The notes: generated by a model not told the origin, from the letters alone. A stretch of DNA of 64,000 bases from an uncultured Victivallales bacterium (GCA_944390735.1 CALXRL010000052.1:52143-116142); one strand, 5' to 3'. Positions 9,001 through 15,747 are shown, counted from the stretch's first letter. Program-made: numbers and translations.

Positions 9001-9883
9001 GCTTTTGCCTTTTGAGTTCGGCGCGGTAATAATCGATGCCGAGTTCAGCCCGTTTTGCGGCTTGCGTCACTCCAATATTTTCAGCGAATCCAAAGGCGCC
9101 CCCGACGATCGGGATATTCTCCGAATCAGTGAACATTTCCCCGAAATTTTCCCAGAACCCTCGTTTTTCATTTGAAAGCTCAGCCGGATTGAGTCTGGTG
9201 ACGGAATCCCCGGGGTTCAGGTTCATACTTTTTCCGAGATTTTCGTCTTTAAGTCTGCGGTCGAGCAGGCTCTCGATTGTTTTATCGATTCCGGTCTCGG
9301 AAACGAGGCGGTTCCAGAAACTTTTTTTTGATAAGCTGTATGGTTTCAGGAGATTGATTTTGTTTCCGAGGGAACCAGCTCTTCTGCTGTTTTCCCCCAT
9401 CAGTTTCTGACGTTCGTCCTCCAGAGAATCGGCTTGCAGATTAAGCCCCCGGTCCCGGAGAATTTTCTGCTGGCCCTCGATATTGGCGATCCGTTCGGAA
9501 GCGGCGAGGATTTCGTCCGCGGCTCTGTGCTGTTCGCGGTTGAATCCGAGTTCTTTTGCTTTTCGGTAGTTTTCTTCAGCTTCCTTGAATTGGTCCAGGA
9601 AGAGATGATCCTTGTAGAGCTGCTTTCCGGTTGCGGTGTCGATATAGGCTCCGGATCCGGGGAAATATTTTGCTTTTCCGGAAGAGAGGAGATTTTCTGC
9701 ATATAATTTTGCCTGCCGGTCGTTTTCCTCTGCGGCGTTCCGCATATTGATGGAAAGGAGGGTGTCATCGAGGCCCTGAGTGGAGAAATTCTGATTGACC
9801 TGATCGAGAGCTTTTCTGGAAGCCTCCGGATCGAGCAAAAGGGAAGCCGTTTCTGACGGCGAGAAATCATTGAATATTGGCAT
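1..9883 (-). CDS. Giant polyvalent protein, DarB-like. Domain order: unknown N-terminal region, ParB-like nuclease, HExxH metallopeptidase-like module, low-complexity linker, N6-adenine DNA methyltransferase, SNF2/DEAH helicase, coiled-coil tail. At least 3,294 aa; the 3' end lies outside the window.
   Basis: Manual reverse-strand translation starts at ATG 9883-9881, with AAGGAG 7 nt upstream. I found no in-frame stop down to position 2. All motifs share one phase (first codon base = 1 mod 3): VNGHHRFDLA (G codon at 7741), HEYTH (6433-6419), MTase motif I GAGVGHF (~4626-4604), motif IV GNFPF (4438-4424), GAGKT (2629-2615), DEAH (2143-2132) and QRNGRIIRQGN (~1147-1114). The ORF is missing from the track, apparently because no stop lies inside the window. 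Confidence 0.9.
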   Translation of the reverse strand, partial: MPIFNDFSPSETASLLLDPEASRKALDQVNQNFSTQGLDDTLLSINMRNAAEENDRQAKLYAENLLSSGKAKYFPGSGAYIDTATGKQLYKDHLFLDQFKEAEENYRKAKELGFNREQHRAADEILAASERIANIEGQQKILRDRGLNLQADSLEDERQKLMGENSRRAGSLGNKINLLKPYSLSKKSFWNRLVSETGIDKTIESLLDRRLKDENLGKSMNLNPGDSVTRLNPAELSNEKRGFWENFGEMFTDSENIPIVGGAFGFAENIGVTQAAKRAELGIDYYRAELKRQKPDAPEQQIETWAQNAYHNDLNTVNAFLNDEQEKALRGNSFMGGVGEITAKSLPFMADFALTGGTVGAIAKGAAKAAGKSAAKAAGKNTAKGLMKFHPGNFGKSAKNAFKDFAKTTAATSPLIATQGLASGAQRIANATVGEDEQGNPTFNRNVNIGAEMSSGIADTGIEVVSEATGGLFRLALPVRASRKVVQGYRKLMSKLPAQRLVRTLNRTKAWNGTVGEIAEEYVGDILRGVAGIDSNGTLAERIEQTLPSTQEFMQMAVSFGITPAILRAPGFAATLAKFRKDTARDLKRVLNSTEAKKIQQDAAADSQGKENLMDGMKPLKNLEPFPDSSDPSDKEVSPEEQAKNVIGVNGGNSVQSIPVKDLQIDPQRFQFKSRADKVSGVDESNKIGGTWDPKTAGNLYVWEDKNGKKIVVNGHHRFDLARKNNVENVNAIIDREADGVTADQARRNGILINIRDEQGDVRDYAEFVRRENMDENTAEKEGILARAKGRQGYTIGRYAGNTLYSAYRNGEIPDGKATEIANIARGDEAIEAVGIKEKELNTDELRQLLNALKTLERPKTEQGDLFGFDESALELEKSLSKQAAKHLREIRETVNAARDAIKNPAAARKLGVNVGKDAEKLLKKALREQAEWDKWYLAGSGKREILMEELGLKKEVPENIQQGNRMEGAGNSLGGSSEVFQQRTIEHPAGDSGRTENGPDEQSAETVKLEAATSSDDNIYFRMPLDRVRKDAELGVLKAKEALKILERNTETAGKDSASTTEPETQKTPREEKEETRLKHLLRERYNGAEVEFVDPQDDSQRAVAEFLRKELGKNVRFFKGTLRADGFHHKGKLYLNTKNEKPLMAAAFHEYTHDLRENDPDSYNNLMKNVMRLASEEQLAEWKKNYNRRYSSRNYIELDDAALEEEFIADVAGSVGGTESFLRKIGEQTPNLLERFLAWLKLLKDALYKDGEFDQEIRAVIGNSIDEIETLFARKVVEKRSENAETRVSNPPENRKNVILDALRKIVEGSEEETIPNLRNDLEQYGGTNNITLIWGNEKKGIFHIGYRRGTDTLLHVIDALANGKIERYVAGNKTVHLVKDGYEAILSLDENGNKKSWLLTGWEINKPDAFGQFSTKSEATQNAPTFSRRDLGAGLRQSWMNDIPSDSKIALENEKSSSDSQFLRDHVIVGEIPKTGVQDKGGQNDESRKSSGGQVRNGSADSSGGLRKGNSAVSDSDRRNIDPSSEKGGKGMESAAKSESAGSSTGRSGGNRDGLRDEERGLRSERELVDRTGSSVRQPVVEKDVSGRTESDGTSGEAGKSEGGRGVPEGLRSGGTGNTAETSGEVRKTQSLTNHRIRETDELISGGDTAKTNANLQAIRLLKQLENENRDATDAEKKVLARYVGWGGLPSVFEYGNKYYDELKKLLTEEEFAAARASTINAHYTDRCVIRNMWGLAERLGFQGGKVGEFGAGVGHFLGLIPDSLYEKTKFRAVELDSISGRILKKLYPLADVTIRGLQDTKVKNNSLDMVIGNFPFAKDGPYDRNYPRFSLHNYFFARAIDAVKPGGLVVAVTSTGTLDSNSSLAAREFFSGKADLVGAIRLPEDAFKKNAGTSVVTDIVILRKKDGTDFQGESFLYTQETDTSDGTGKVHVNEYFVRHPEMMLGELSNTGSMYRGNSQTLLANGKLEEQLPDAINRLRSNIYGAQKSAEEIDDSSMDEERKEFEIFEKNGKLFQTVDGNTEELTQNGKPLSERETEKVKSFLRLKRAFDSVIHEMLESDGETEKLKHARKMMNTAYEAHLKNFGNISDTRKHRILKDDPNYLRISGLENKKEIAENGKKKTVYSKSDIFTKRTLFRVNTPQSAENVTDAARISVNMRGSVQPAYIAELTGMTEEEARAELLASGNFFENPENGAIESAGRYLSGNIAEKIRIAKENGMLRNVEALEKVFPPRKEIGSIGFQLGSSWIPEKVVSAWANDIFGVETKIKYNKAADRWIVTCWRRNDIAKFRGSNFDAIDVLEKALNLQNHIVYQKVGDKNLVDNEASLAARQVREEMMQSFKDYVNTHSEAAKAVEEEFNSKMNVYREREYELPEMDFYPNAAHYVDGKEFKLREHQKRLVSRCLEGNTLIAHCVGAGKTYEMITAAMELKRLKLAHKNLIVVQNSTLEQFAASIMKLYPTARVLTASKNDLEGAKRKRFMSRTATGDWDIVVMAQSSFDQIPDKPEFEQAQNLKAIEDYEQIIADLKAERSYENRRIIKDIERQKKRIEERNKALADRKKDDVIYFDELGFDSIFIDEAHAYKKNGFVTKMPNVKGLDKGSSKRAYSLFLKIQQTMQKTGGRNIFFATGTPITNTLTEIWNMVRYLSPKALEDFGVETFDRFASLFTQTVQGMEIDAAGRFRIVERFAQYNNIEELGKMFGAVADIILSEDLKGVPRPPVKGGGAQLIQIKRSESMKKFMNYLLDLYSWYEGLPKDEKIKNPVPLIVHTLAKKASIDLRLVDENLPDDPGSKLNRAAEEIAKKYKEYEKVKGAQAVFFDLYQTPGGKFNAYEELKQKLVKRGIPAEEIAIATELKTDKQKEETFAKVNRGEIRVIMGSTERLGIGVNMQERLACLHHLDAPARPADMEQRNGRIIRQGNTISPVEILNYAVEETLDAGLYQTLARKDKFIKSVMRGRGGSSQEAEESEDSMDYASFAAMISGNPKAMRKVEVDAEVKKLNALKDQSNRNIRQLQNDNIVQYRNLDFYKNAIKKVEEFIRIYGDVSFKENISLEYLGNRVNADRKKIAELLDHQIKRALNERDGHQFTLKLNGIGLKFHVREKDLYKNLGYELEENLGPTSIRQGSPDIGTGTGLLNSLTSLIASKEEELDHLKKEIPLIQARINNNDQEIAKGFPYQEKLKKAIAEQAELIRELKTDEKSTRRISKKPSLRDYIKGAEFEAEADIYVEEKETDDVKLSAHEEESRIEEAAERLKKETVAQVPANAIKAGNGMTAIEAAMDYVRKNLAGTF
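1114..2701 (-). other. SNF2/DEAH-box helicase domain (N and C lobes) of the giant protein
   Basis: LREHQKRLV...AHCVGAGKTYEM (motif I), FDSIFIDEAHAYKK (motif II), FATGTPITN (motif III), IMGSTERLGIGVNMQ and DMEQRNGRIIRQGN (motif VI). Confidence 0.9.
4037..4965 (-). other. N6-adenine DNA methyltransferase domain of the giant protein
   Basis: NHRIRETDELISGG...LARYVGWGGL leader. Motif I is VGEFGAGVGHFLG and motif IV is DMVIGNFPF. Downstream come HNYFFARAIDAVKPGGLVVAVTS and AIRLPEDAFKKNAGTSVVTDIVILRK. Confidence 0.85.
4978..5424 (-). CDS. Nested +1-frame ORF (148 aa) inside the linker-coding part of the giant gene. Hypothetical; translation unproven.
   Basis: It is listed in the ORF track. AAAGGAGGG lies 4 nt upstream of the ATG, and a TAG TAG pair sits 14 codons upstream in this frame. 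The product has a globular-looking composition (amphipathic helices, WWTEQEVQFVNQWWKK). The overlapped main frame is G/S/R/E low complexity. Confidence 0.35.
   Translation of the reverse strand: MTKAERVLEDKFAMAQLIHLADYEKETLLYLIQTEEILTHLLKKAEKAWSLLQNLNQQDLPPGGAEEIAMDSVTRNGDYDLKESWWTEQEVQFVNQWWKKTFPEEPNPMGLQEKLENQKAEEEFQRDYAPEEPGIPLKLLAKFGRPNH
6300..6560 (-). other. HExxH (zincin-like) module of the giant protein
   Basis: LMAAAFHEYTHDLRENDPDSY, with HEYTH at 6433-6419. The assignment rests on this motif alone. Confidence 0.4.
7600..7915 (-). other. ParB/sulfiredoxin-like nuclease domain of the giant protein (about aa 657-760)
   Basis: Translated sequence IPVKDLQIDPQRFQFKSRAD...LYVWEDKNGKKIVVNGHHRFDLARKNN, containing the (D/N)GHHR signature of ParB-like nuclease domains. 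Confidence 0.65.
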
Positions 9884-10136
9884 ATTGGATCTCCTTTTTG
9901 AATGATACGTGCCAATAAAAACGAGGAAAATGGAGATTTCAGACACGAAAGGAGTGCCAACGATAGCTCATTCTTTCGCGCGCGCGAATCAAAGGTTATC
10001 AGAACGGTATATCATCCTCCAGTCCATCGCACGTCATGTTAAATGCCAGGAGGAGAAGGGCTTCTCTTAAGAGTTCCGGCATTCGGACGAAGTTGAATTT
10101 TCTCTGAGAGAAATCATAAACAGCGAGGCCGCCGAT

Positions 10137-13100
10137 GTGCACTATGCGAATCCGCTGAACCGGGCGGATTCGTTGAAGCATTGGTGGATTGCTCCCGGAA
10201 CAGGGGCGAAAGCTCTGCCCGGGAACGGCATTGAAATCATTGCTTCCAAAGGAGCTGGAGGAAAATTTCAGGGTGTGGTCCGCGGAATTCCGGCGGAACC
10301 GCTGCGTGGAAAGTTTGTAAGAGTTTCGGTGGAGGCGAAAGCGGAAAACCTTCAGCCTGTCGGCAATACGAAAACCGGCGGCAAATTCATGTTTACGGTC
10401 CGGACCCCGAAAGAGACCTTCTATCCGCAGAAGAACCCGGATCTCGGAAGTTATGACTGGAAAACCTATTCTCTGGATTTTGACGTTCCCCGTGATTGTG
10501 ACAAAGTCGATTTCGGACTCGGAATCGAACATGCTTCCGGCAGGATTCTGTTCCGGAATCTCAAAGTGGAAATTCTGGCGTCCACTCCGAAAGTCGATGC
10601 CCACTATTTCAATGCTCTGAATCGCTCGAACTCTCTGGAAAACTGGTGGGTCGCGCCCGGGACAAAGGCGAAGGCGCTGCTCGGAACGGGAATCGAGATC
10701 ACCGCGCCGAAGGCGGCCAAGGGAAATTACCGTGGCGTGATCCGTGGAATTCCGGCGAAACCTCTTCAGGGGAAGCGGGTGCGCGTTTCGGTGGAGGCCA
10801 AGGCGGAAAACCTCCAGCCCGTCGGCGATACGAAAACCGGCGGAAAGTTCATGTTCACCCTCCAGACTCCGAAGGAGACCTTCTATCCGCAGCAGAACCC
10901 GGGAACCGGTACCTACGACTGGAAAACCTTCTCCATTGAATACACGGTTCCCCGCGACTGCAGCAAGGCCGATTTTGTCCTCGGCATCGAACGGGCTTCC
11001 GGAACCATTCTCTTCCGGAATCTGAAAGTGGAGATTCTGGACACCCTTCTGGATCTCTCCCCTTTGATGAACATGGGGTATGCCGATCCGAAAGCCGGGG
11101 ACGGAAAGGGCGGCTGGTCCGATCAGGGTCCCGACAACGATGCCGCCAAATTTGTCTTTACCCAGAAACGCTATGCCAATGTTCCGTTCAAGGCGGTGGA
11201 TCCTGCCGGAAACAACGGAAAAAGCGTGATGGCCTTCAAATCCAGCAATTTTTCCCAGGGACTTCCGGAAGCGGTGCTGAATCTGGAAAGCATCTCCGCC
11301 GAGGGCCGTTATCTTTATCTTCTTCATACTCTTACGTATGGCTCAAAGGACCGGATCGGGACAATCGAAGTGATCGGGAAAAACGGGAAAAAGCAGACCA
11401 TTGAAGTCAAAGGCGGCCGCGATGTCAATGACTGGTGGATGGCGCAGCCGGGGCCGAATGCGCATCCGGCGTCCATCTGGACCAATGCCAGCGGCGGAAT
11501 CGTGGGCGTGTTTGCCTCGGTTTTCCCGTTGAAGAAGGAGATCGGAGTGATCCGTTCGATCCGGTTTGTTCCCCGGTCCGAAACCTCCGTCTGGATTGTT
11601 CTTGCGGCGACCCTTTCCTTCAACGCCTATGAATTCCCGAAGGCGGAAATTGAAACGATGCAGGAAAACGCGGTCTGGAAAAAATTCCCCTTTCCGTCGC
11701 GTCTCGGTGTGATTCCCGGTTCGGCTTTGGATCTCGGAAAGGCGGAGCGCGCGCCGGCGGGAGCGTTCGGTCGTGTCATTGTCAATAAAGACGGAAAATT
11801 CGCATTTGAAAAGAATCCGGAAAAAGCGGTCCGCTTTTTCTCCGCTCTGTTCCCGAATGCGATCATCCAGCCGAACAGTTCCGCTGGAAAACGGGTCTTT
11901 CCGGACACGTTGTATTCGAAGTCTGTCCGCAATCAGAAAGAGAGAATCCGCGACTACATCCTCGCTTACCGTCACAAAGGCTACAACATGCTGCGGATGC
12001 ACATGATCGAAGGGGAACTTGCGGAACGCAAGGGGCTGGATTTCCCGAAAGATGTCTTTGACAATTTCTTCTATGCGATCAAATGTATGAAGGACAACGG
12101 GATTTATCTGAATCTGGATGTCGCCGCCAGCCATCTCGGCTACTATCCCGGCATCACCTGGGCGGACTGGACCTGGAGAAAGGATCACAAGGACGCCAAG
12201 AAATTCATCTATTTCGATCAGGATATCAGGGAGAACTGGAAAGCCGGAGCAAGAAAAGTGCTTCTGACCGTGAATCCGTATACGAAGATGCGCCTGATTG
12301 ACGATCCGGTACTGGTCTCTCTGATCGGCTTCAACGAACAGGAATTCGTGTTCAGCACCTCCCGGGAGATTCCGCAGGCGATGCCCCGCTGGAAGGAATT
12401 CCTCCGGAAAAAATACGGGTCCTTCGGAAAGCTGAAGGCGGCGTGGAACGTCAAGAACAACTGGAAAAATTTTGACGATCTCCCCGTTTTCCGCGGCAGC
12501 GACATGATGGAAACCTCTCCCCGCGGACGCGACGCCTATGAGTTCACAAGGATGATGGAACGGGAGATCTTCGATTTCTACCATTCCTATCTGCGGGAGC
12601 TTGGCTGGAAGGGTCCGGTCACGAATTTCAACATGGGGAAATCCATTCAGTACGTGATGGCTCGCGAACCTGCGGAATTTGTGGCAATGAACTCCTATCA
12701 TGCGCATCCGAGCAACTACATTCAGCCCGGATCGACCATCGACCAGAGCAGTTCCATCGCCACCTCCGCGAATGTCGCCCGGGGATTCTATGCGTATCAG
12801 ATGCCCGGCAAGCCCTATGTCATTACTGAACAGGGACATGTCTTCTGGAACCGCTACCGGTATGAACAGGCGTTTGTGACCGATGGCTACGGAGCGCTTC
12901 AGGGAGTGGACGGCATTACGGCATTCATCAGTCAGATGTATCCTCCGCACGGGAAAGTCATGCATCCGTTCGGAGGCGTCTACGACCCGATCATGTATGC
13001 CTGCGAGTTTCTTGCCTACTTCATCTACGCCCGCGGTGACGTGAGGGAAGGGGATGTGGCGTACCGTGTGGTCCTGAACGAACCCGAAGTGCTGGAAAAC

Positions 13101-13886
13101 TATGCCTATCGGTGGGGACTCGGATCGGAACAGACGCGTCTTCTTCTGCTCGGGCGCTTCTCCGTGGAGAGCACGAAAGACGGGAAGCCCGTCTTCCCGC
13201 TCCGGAAGAACGAAGTGGTGCTTAAACGCACCGGTGGCAGCGCGGTTCTGACCTCCGCGCTCGGCACGGCCGGATTCACCAGCATCATCGACGGCGGAAA
13301 ATCGGTGTTTGATCTGGATGCACTTGTGCGCGATCTGAAGAAGCGCGGCGTGATTCCGGCGTCCAACCGGACCCATGCGTCCGAGGAGATTTTCGAAAGC
13401 TGCACCGGGGAGCTGTATCTCGATGCGAAAAAGAAATTCATGAGCATCAATACGAAACGGCTCCAGGGCGTCTGCGCGCTGGCGGGAACGAAGGTGAAAC
13501 TGCCCTCGTTTGAAATCCGGGAGATGACCCGGAACGGAAATCTGGCCATTGTGTCGATCGACAACGCCCCCGGTCTGGAGCAGTCGAAGCATCTGATGCT
13601 GGTCTACGCCACCGATGCCCTGAATTCAGGCATGGTCTTCAACGACTCCTCGCGGCGGGTGATGCAGAAACTGGGCAAACTGCCGGTTCTGTTTGAGACG
13701 GGCGTCTTCTCCGTTGCCATTCGGAACGGCAATGCGGACCGTCTGAAGGTGTTTGCCGTCGACCTCAACGGACGCCGTCAGGGAGAGATTCCCGCCCGGG
13801 CGGAAAACGGTGTTCTGCATCTCCGGGTCGATACGGCAAAGCTGCCCGGCGGACCGGCGGTCTTTTTCGAAATTGCGGAAAAATAA
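10137..13886 (+). CDS. Large glycoside-hydrolase-like protein. It has two tandem CBM-like modules, a beta-sandwich region and a clan GH-A-like TIM barrel. Probably 5'-truncated.
   Basis: 1249-aa ORF with a GTG start and no signal peptide. It shares GDGKGGWSDQGPDND, YNMLRMH, GFNEQEF (NE acid/base-like) and VITEQG (nucleophile-like) with the paralog at 34882-38163, which does have a signal peptide. Confidence 0.8.
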   Translation: MHYANPLNRADSLKHWWIAPGTGAKALPGNGIEIIASKGAGGKFQGVVRGIPAEPLRGKFVRVSVEAKAENLQPVGNTKTGGKFMFTVRTPKETFYPQKNPDLGSYDWKTYSLDFDVPRDCDKVDFGLGIEHASGRILFRNLKVEILASTPKVDAHYFNALNRSNSLENWWVAPGTKAKALLGTGIEITAPKAAKGNYRGVIRGIPAKPLQGKRVRVSVEAKAENLQPVGDTKTGGKFMFTLQTPKETFYPQQNPGTGTYDWKTFSIEYTVPRDCSKADFVLGIERASGTILFRNLKVEILDTLLDLSPLMNMGYADPKAGDGKGGWSDQGPDNDAAKFVFTQKRYANVPFKAVDPAGNNGKSVMAFKSSNFSQGLPEAVLNLESISAEGRYLYLLHTLTYGSKDRIGTIEVIGKNGKKQTIEVKGGRDVNDWWMAQPGPNAHPASIWTNASGGIVGVFASVFPLKKEIGVIRSIRFVPRSETSVWIVLAATLSFNAYEFPKAEIETMQENAVWKKFPFPSRLGVIPGSALDLGKAERAPAGAFGRVIVNKDGKFAFEKNPEKAVRFFSALFPNAIIQPNSSAGKRVFPDTLYSKSVRNQKERIRDYILAYRHKGYNMLRMHMIEGELAERKGLDFPKDVFDNFFYAIKCMKDNGIYLNLDVAASHLGYYPGITWADWTWRKDHKDAKKFIYFDQDIRENWKAGARKVLLTVNPYTKMRLIDDPVLVSLIGFNEQEFVFSTSREIPQAMPRWKEFLRKKYGSFGKLKAAWNVKNNWKNFDDLPVFRGSDMMETSPRGRDAYEFTRMMEREIFDFYHSYLRELGWKGPVTNFNMGKSIQYVMAREPAEFVAMNSYHAHPSNYIQPGSTIDQSSSIATSANVARGFYAYQMPGKPYVITEQGHVFWNRYRYEQAFVTDGYGALQGVDGITAFISQMYPPHGKVMHPFGGVYDPIMYACEFLAYFIYARGDVREGDVAYRVVLNEPEVLENYAYRWGLGSEQTRLLLLGRFSVESTKDGKPVFPLRKNEVVLKRTGGSAVLTSALGTAGFTSIIDGGKSVFDLDALVRDLKKRGVIPASNRTHASEEIFESCTGELYLDAKKKFMSINTKRLQGVCALAGTKVKLPSFEIREMTRNGNLAIVSIDNAPGLEQSKHLMLVYATDALNSGMVFNDSSRRVMQKLGKLPVLFETGVFSVAIRNGNADRLKVFAVDLNGRRQGEIPARAENGVLHLRVDTAKLPGGPAVFFEIAEK
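10140..11042 (+). repeat. Intragenic tandem duplication: two 462-nt (154-aa) CBM-like modules
   Basis: HYANPLNRADSLKHWWIAPGTGAKAL...ILFRNLKVEIL aligns with HYFNALNRSNSLENWWVAPGTKAKAL...ILFRNLKVEIL. The HY codons at 10140 and 10602 are exactly 462 nt apart. Confidence 0.85.
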
Positions 13887-13945
13887 AGGTTCGATGGTTG
13901 CAAAATAAAATCCCCGTCTTATCTTATTATGAGAAGACGGGAAAC

Positions 13946-15016
13946 ATGATCCAGGAAACAGACAGTGTTATGGCAGAGAGAGCAAGTTCAACAGCGGAAT
14001 ACATGAAGATCCGGCGCTATGTGCTCAACCGGATCCACCGGGCGGGCGGAAAGGCGCTTCAGCTGCCGACCGCCCAGGAGCTCGCGAAACAGTTCGGGTG
14101 CAGCCGGCCCACCGTCAGCAAGGCGATGAAAACATTGACCGATGACGGCTATGTGATCGGCCGTCCCGGGATCGGCTCGTTCATCAACCCCAACATCGAG
14201 GGAAGCCAGAAGGGGGGGAACATGGATGGAATGCCGATCATCGGAATCATTTTCGGTGACGGGATGGTCGTGCATTACGAGATCTTTTTCGGAGCGGTCC
14301 TTGCCCGGGCCCTGGAAGAGGTGATTCATCGTCCGGCGGTTCTTCACATCATCAATCTGACTTCGACGAATCATGAGAAGATTGTCAAGGAGATTCTCGC
14401 GGAGGATCTGGACGGATTGATCTGGGAGGGACCGGTCGTCGATGCGAAAACCATTCTTTCTCTGCGTCGTCACGGTCTGCCCGTGGTTGTCATGAAGAGC
14501 GAGCCGCTCCCCGGATGCGACTGCGTCTACTTCGACATGGATCTGCTCGGCACGGAAATCGCCCGCCGTCTCCTTGCGGAAAAGCGGAAAAATGTCGTGT
14601 TTCTGGCGGATCGCAAGCCGTGGAATGCCGCCCGGCATTCCCTGCTCCGCACCTTTGCGGAGGCGGGGCACCCCTTGAATGAAAAACTTTTTCTGGACGG
14701 CTGTGAAACCGGACTTGCGCGTCTGCGGGAGTTCCTGGAGCTCGGGGTGCCGGTGGATGCCGTGGTCAATCCGCTCTTCCTGGTGGGAAAGGTGCTGGAT
14801 ATCTTTGATTCCCTCGGCATCGACCGCCGGGAGAAGTGCCGACTGGTCAACAATGGAATCTATCGGGAAAACGTTCCGGTGCCCGGCGGACTCTCCTATG
14901 AGCCGCCGATCCGCGAATATGTCGCGGCGGCCGTGAACCGGGTCTTCGCCCTGATTGCGGACAAGACGCTTCCGCCCGAACAGATTTCCATTCCGGTTCC
15001 GCTTGTGGAAAGCTGA
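13946..15016 (+). CDS. Transcriptional regulator with a GntR-type HTH and a LacI/PBP1-type sugar-binding domain
   Basis: YMKIRRYVLNRIHRAGGKALQLPTAQELAKQFGCSRPTVSKAMKTLTDDGYVIGRPGIGSFI, followed by a periplasmic-binding-like fold. The track's TTG start at 13898 overlaps a hairpin at 13912-13941. ATG 13946 or 13970 is more likely. Confidence 0.8.
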   Translation: MIQETDSVMAERASSTAEYMKIRRYVLNRIHRAGGKALQLPTAQELAKQFGCSRPTVSKAMKTLTDDGYVIGRPGIGSFINPNIEGSQKGGNMDGMPIIGIIFGDGMVVHYEIFFGAVLARALEEVIHRPAVLHIINLTSTNHEKIVKEILAEDLDGLIWEGPVVDAKTILSLRRHGLPVVVMKSEPLPGCDCVYFDMDLLGTEIARRLLAEKRKNVVFLADRKPWNAARHSLLRTFAEAGHPLNEKLFLDGCETGLARLREFLELGVPVDAVVNPLFLVGKVLDIFDSLGIDRREKCRLVNNGIYRENVPVPGGLSYEPPIREYVAAAVNRVFALIADKTLPPEQISIPVPLVES

Positions 15017-15123
15017 ATGTTTTTCCGGAACCGGTTCGCGGCGCGGAGGGATCCGGAGGAGAGCAAGATGGCGTTTTCCGCGTCGGCTGCTCCGCCGCCC
15101 GAGGAGGGGCGTATTGCCGGTTT

Positions 15124-15747
15124 TCAAAGGGCCCGCTGAACTCCGACCACCACCCCTTTCAGCGGGAGATCCTTCAGAGAGCACTCTTCTGTTTTTCCGC
15201 TGGCGTCGGTAAGCGAGAGATGATCGTCTTTCACTTCCGCGCAGCTTTTCAGAATGGACTCCCCATTTTCCTCCGTGACGAGAATATCGCCTTTTTTCAC
15301 GGACTGAGGATGTTTCTTCACGATGGCGATATCGCCGTCGAGGATGCCGAATTCCTTCATATCGCTGCCATGGACGCGGAGGGCGAAAAGATTGCGGCAG
15401 TCGGTATGGAGCGTTTTTTCAAACAGGGATGCGTCGCAGTAGAGCTCCTTTTGAACGCCCGAATAGAGTGAGGTGTCGCCTCCGTGACCGTCGTAGACCG
15501 GAATGGCGCGCAGTCCCGCCGGATGGCGCATTTTCCGTTTCGGCCCTGTCAGGGCGATGCTCCGCGCCTTCGAACTGCGGCTGATGCAGTTCTTTTTCTG
15601 AAGCGCCCGCAGATGGGCGAATACCGTTGACGTTTTGATCTGGAAATGTTCCGCGATTTCATACACCGTCGGCGACATTCCCTCCGCAGTGATGAAATCT
15701 TCAATATAAACGAGAATTCCGCGCTGTTTCTCCGTCAAGCCTTTCAT
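15124..15747 (-). CDS. lexA: LexA repressor (S24 peptidase family)
   Basis: N-terminal winged HTH (LTEKQRGILVYIEDFITAEGMSPTVYEIAEHF). C-terminal S24 domain with the Ser motif RVHGSDM and Lys in IAIVKK. The product is 207 aa. Confidence 0.9.
   Translation of the reverse strand: MKGLTEKQRGILVYIEDFITAEGMSPTVYEIAEHFQIKTSTVFAHLRALQKKNCISRSSKARSIALTGPKRKMRHPAGLRAIPVYDGHGGDTSLYSGVQKELYCDASLFEKTLHTDCRNLFALRVHGSDMKEFGILDGDIAIVKKHPQSVKKGDILVTEENGESILKSCAEVKDDHLSLTDASGKTEECSLKDLPLKGVVVGVQRAL

Larger units (their letters stand above)
1..10040. mobile_element. Edge of a lower-GC, horizontally acquired element (phage/ICE/plasmid-like). Its only visible cargo is the giant DarB-like gene. The right boundary is approximate.
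   Basis: Hand GC counts of sampled 60-nt lines give 42-53% within 1-9.9 kb and 52-70% downstream. Codon usage is AAA/GAA-rich. The cargo architecture is typical of anti-restriction polyvalent proteins. The adjoining host gene looks 5'-truncated. No integrase or att repeat is visible in the window. Confidence 0.5.

Noticed and set aside
620-9175. Plus-strand ORFs inside the giant gene (for example 620-1093, 3593-4030, 4376-4984, 4975-5475, 6703-7179, 7002-7472, 7733-8209, 8231-9175).
   Set aside because: They are antisense shadows of the giant minus-strand ORF. Their translations are F/S/L/R-rich low complexity without motifs.
1-9960. Possible alternative genetic code or stop-codon reassignment. 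The ORF track shows only short ORFs across 10 kb.
   Set aside because: Hand translation of the minus strand with the standard code gives one uninterrupted ORF with classical motifs, all in one phase. The track simply omits ORFs that lack a stop inside the window. The partial ORF at 63674 is omitted for the same reason.
9400-9960. A 186-aa minus-strand ORF that starts upstream of the giant gene and overlaps it.
   Set aside because: It is an out-of-frame shadow that is S/R/P/T-rich. It has no SD, and it begins in the AT-rich leader. The giant ORF's ATG at 9883 has a proper AAGGAG.
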